Source: Lama glama
Lineage: Eukaryota
DNA: 64,000 nt
Assembly (NCBI GenBank): GCA_028534125.1
Contig: CM052830.1
Span: 23,994,001-24,058,000 of the forward strand
Direction: 5' to 3'
Positions 62,355-64,000 of the stretch are shown piece after piece. The stretch's first letter is position 1, and each line of letters starts with the position of its first letter. The notes under the pieces were generated by a model. The model was not told the DNA's origin. It made no database searches and worked only from the letters and a program-made list of their open reading frames with translations. The translations under genes were made by a program, and so were the position numbers.

Positions 62355-62510
62355 CCAGGCATTGAAGTCCCAAGTTCTGGATTCTAATCCCAGCCCTGCC
62401 TCTCACAAGCTGTGAGAGCTACATTAAGTCACTTAACCTCTCTGGGCCGCAGAGTCTTCGTCTGTAGCATGGATGCATAACTCCGTTCCGGGCAGGGAGA
62501 GCGTAAGGAT
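62355..62510 (+). mobile_element. MIR SINE
   Basis: tggattctaatcccagccctgcctctcacaagctgtgag...aagtcacttaacctctctgggccgcagagtcttcgtctgtagcatgg. Confidence 0.8.
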
Positions 62511-64000
62511 GGGAAATCACACATGGATGTCGTTCCCGGCGTGTCTGCACACCGTGGGCCCTCCATGCACGGCAGCTCGCATCATCAGAGCCCCGGTGGG
62601 TCCATCAGCTGTGTGTTGGGTGCATGTCTGCTTTCAGTGGGGAAGTCAGACCCATGAGGCTCCCAAGGGGCGGGGCTGACACTGACGGGTGAGCTCATTT
62701 AAGACAAACCCACTTGTGTGGGACTGTGTTGAGCCCGGTTTCAGATCCTGACGTGTTTAAGCGGGAGAGGATGTGCAAAGCGTCTAACCCACAGCTGGGA
62801 GAGAGTCAGTGCGGCAAAGACGAGCCAGGGTCTCAGCCTCAAGCCTGCTGGAGGCAAGAGAGGCATGAGTGGCTGGGCTACAGCCACGAAAGGACGCAGA
62901 GGCGGTTTGGCCGAGCCTTTCCTGCTAGAGACGCAGGGTGGGGGCGGCGGAGAGGGAACCGATGGGTCCGAGCGGTCCAGCACTGAGGGGCAGAGCTGCC
63001 TTCTCAGCCCTTCCCACTGCGCTGCAGCACGGCCTCCGAGAAGACTCAGGCACCGGCCCATCTCCCGGGGACGTCCCTCGGGATCCAGGCACCCTCTGCC
63101 CTCTGTGGTGCCCAGCCAGGTGCACAGCCTGTGTTCCCAGTGCTGTCCGCAGCCATGTGAGTGCCGGGAGGCACAGACTGACTCCTAAGGCCTCTGGCTG
63201 ATCCCCAGTTTTCCTTATTTCCACAGCGGAGCCAACAGCCTCCGCCCCTCGGGGCTGGTGAGATGGGGTGAGCCCAGCTGCACGGCGCAGGGCACCAGGG
63301 CAGCCCCGATGGAGGGCCCTTCTCCCTCCAGTCAACAAGCTCAGAGCCTAATGAGGGTGGCTGGGCTGGCACCAGCCGCAGGGCCACCGAAGCCCAGCTA
63401 CACACACATGGCCAAGTTAATCAGTTCATTCTGTGACCTGGGAGCTCATCCTCAAGCCTCTGTCCTGTGTCCCCTCCCCCCGAGAGCCCTGTCCTCTCAC
63501 CTCTCCAGGTCCAGCCCAGCCTCCCAGGTCCTGGTCAGATCCTGTTGCTCCAAAAAGCCCTTCTCTCTCCTCGGCATCAGGCACGCCCTCCCCTGCCCCT
63601 AGCCCCGCACCCTTCCCGACTGCAAGTGGCCTTGTCCTCTGTCCCCTAGTGACCTGTCCTCAGGTTAGAAGCACTGGTGGAGGAGCCATTATTTCAGAGC
63701 TAAGCAGCTTTAGGTCCCTCTGGGTCTCCTCCAGCTCATCTGCAAAATGGGCAGGTAAGGGAGGCACACGGGAGCCGCGGGCACCACATTTGGAATCTGC
63801 AGGGACTGTAAGTGCCAGGCACTGGGCATCTTCACGGAAACAAGTGCCACCAGGCTGAATTTCTCCCACCTCGATGGGACAGAGACTCAGAGTCAGAAGT
63901 TACTTTAAAGGAACGCAAACGTTCTGGCCCACCTGGGCTTGTGCCCTGAACTTTCTTCCAGTGGCCAGGTGAAGCCCCCTGCCCTGCCCCTGACGGGTCT

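Overview
This is GC- and CpG-rich mammalian genomic DNA, not prokaryotic. It is most likely camelid (alpaca, llama or camel): two tRNA-derived SINEs resemble camelid Vic-1, and one L1 3' end looks cetartiodactyl. I recognise no protein-coding exon, functional RNA gene, CRISPR array or intact mobile element. The hundreds of ORFs in the track are what high GC content produces by chance, and the only ones with recognisable peptide motifs are decayed LINE-1 ORF1/ORF2 fragments. The window reads as a large intron or gene desert. It holds a dense mosaic of ancient repeats (MIR, L2, L1M/HAL1, MLT1, ERVL-type LTRs, MER5/20/58), short tandem duplications and one 142-N assembly gap. Two patterns stand out. 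(1) About ten short AT-richer, apparently non-repetitive islands carry homeodomain, SOX, TCF, YY1 or RE1-type motifs, which suggests an enhancer cluster around a developmental or neural gene I cannot name. (2) Several ancient transposon copies show locally clustered A/T-to-G/C rewriting with new CpGs, as expected from GC-biased gene conversion. I found no evidence for a novel biological system beyond these. Repeat families are called from remembered consensus sequences, and their boundaries are approximate.
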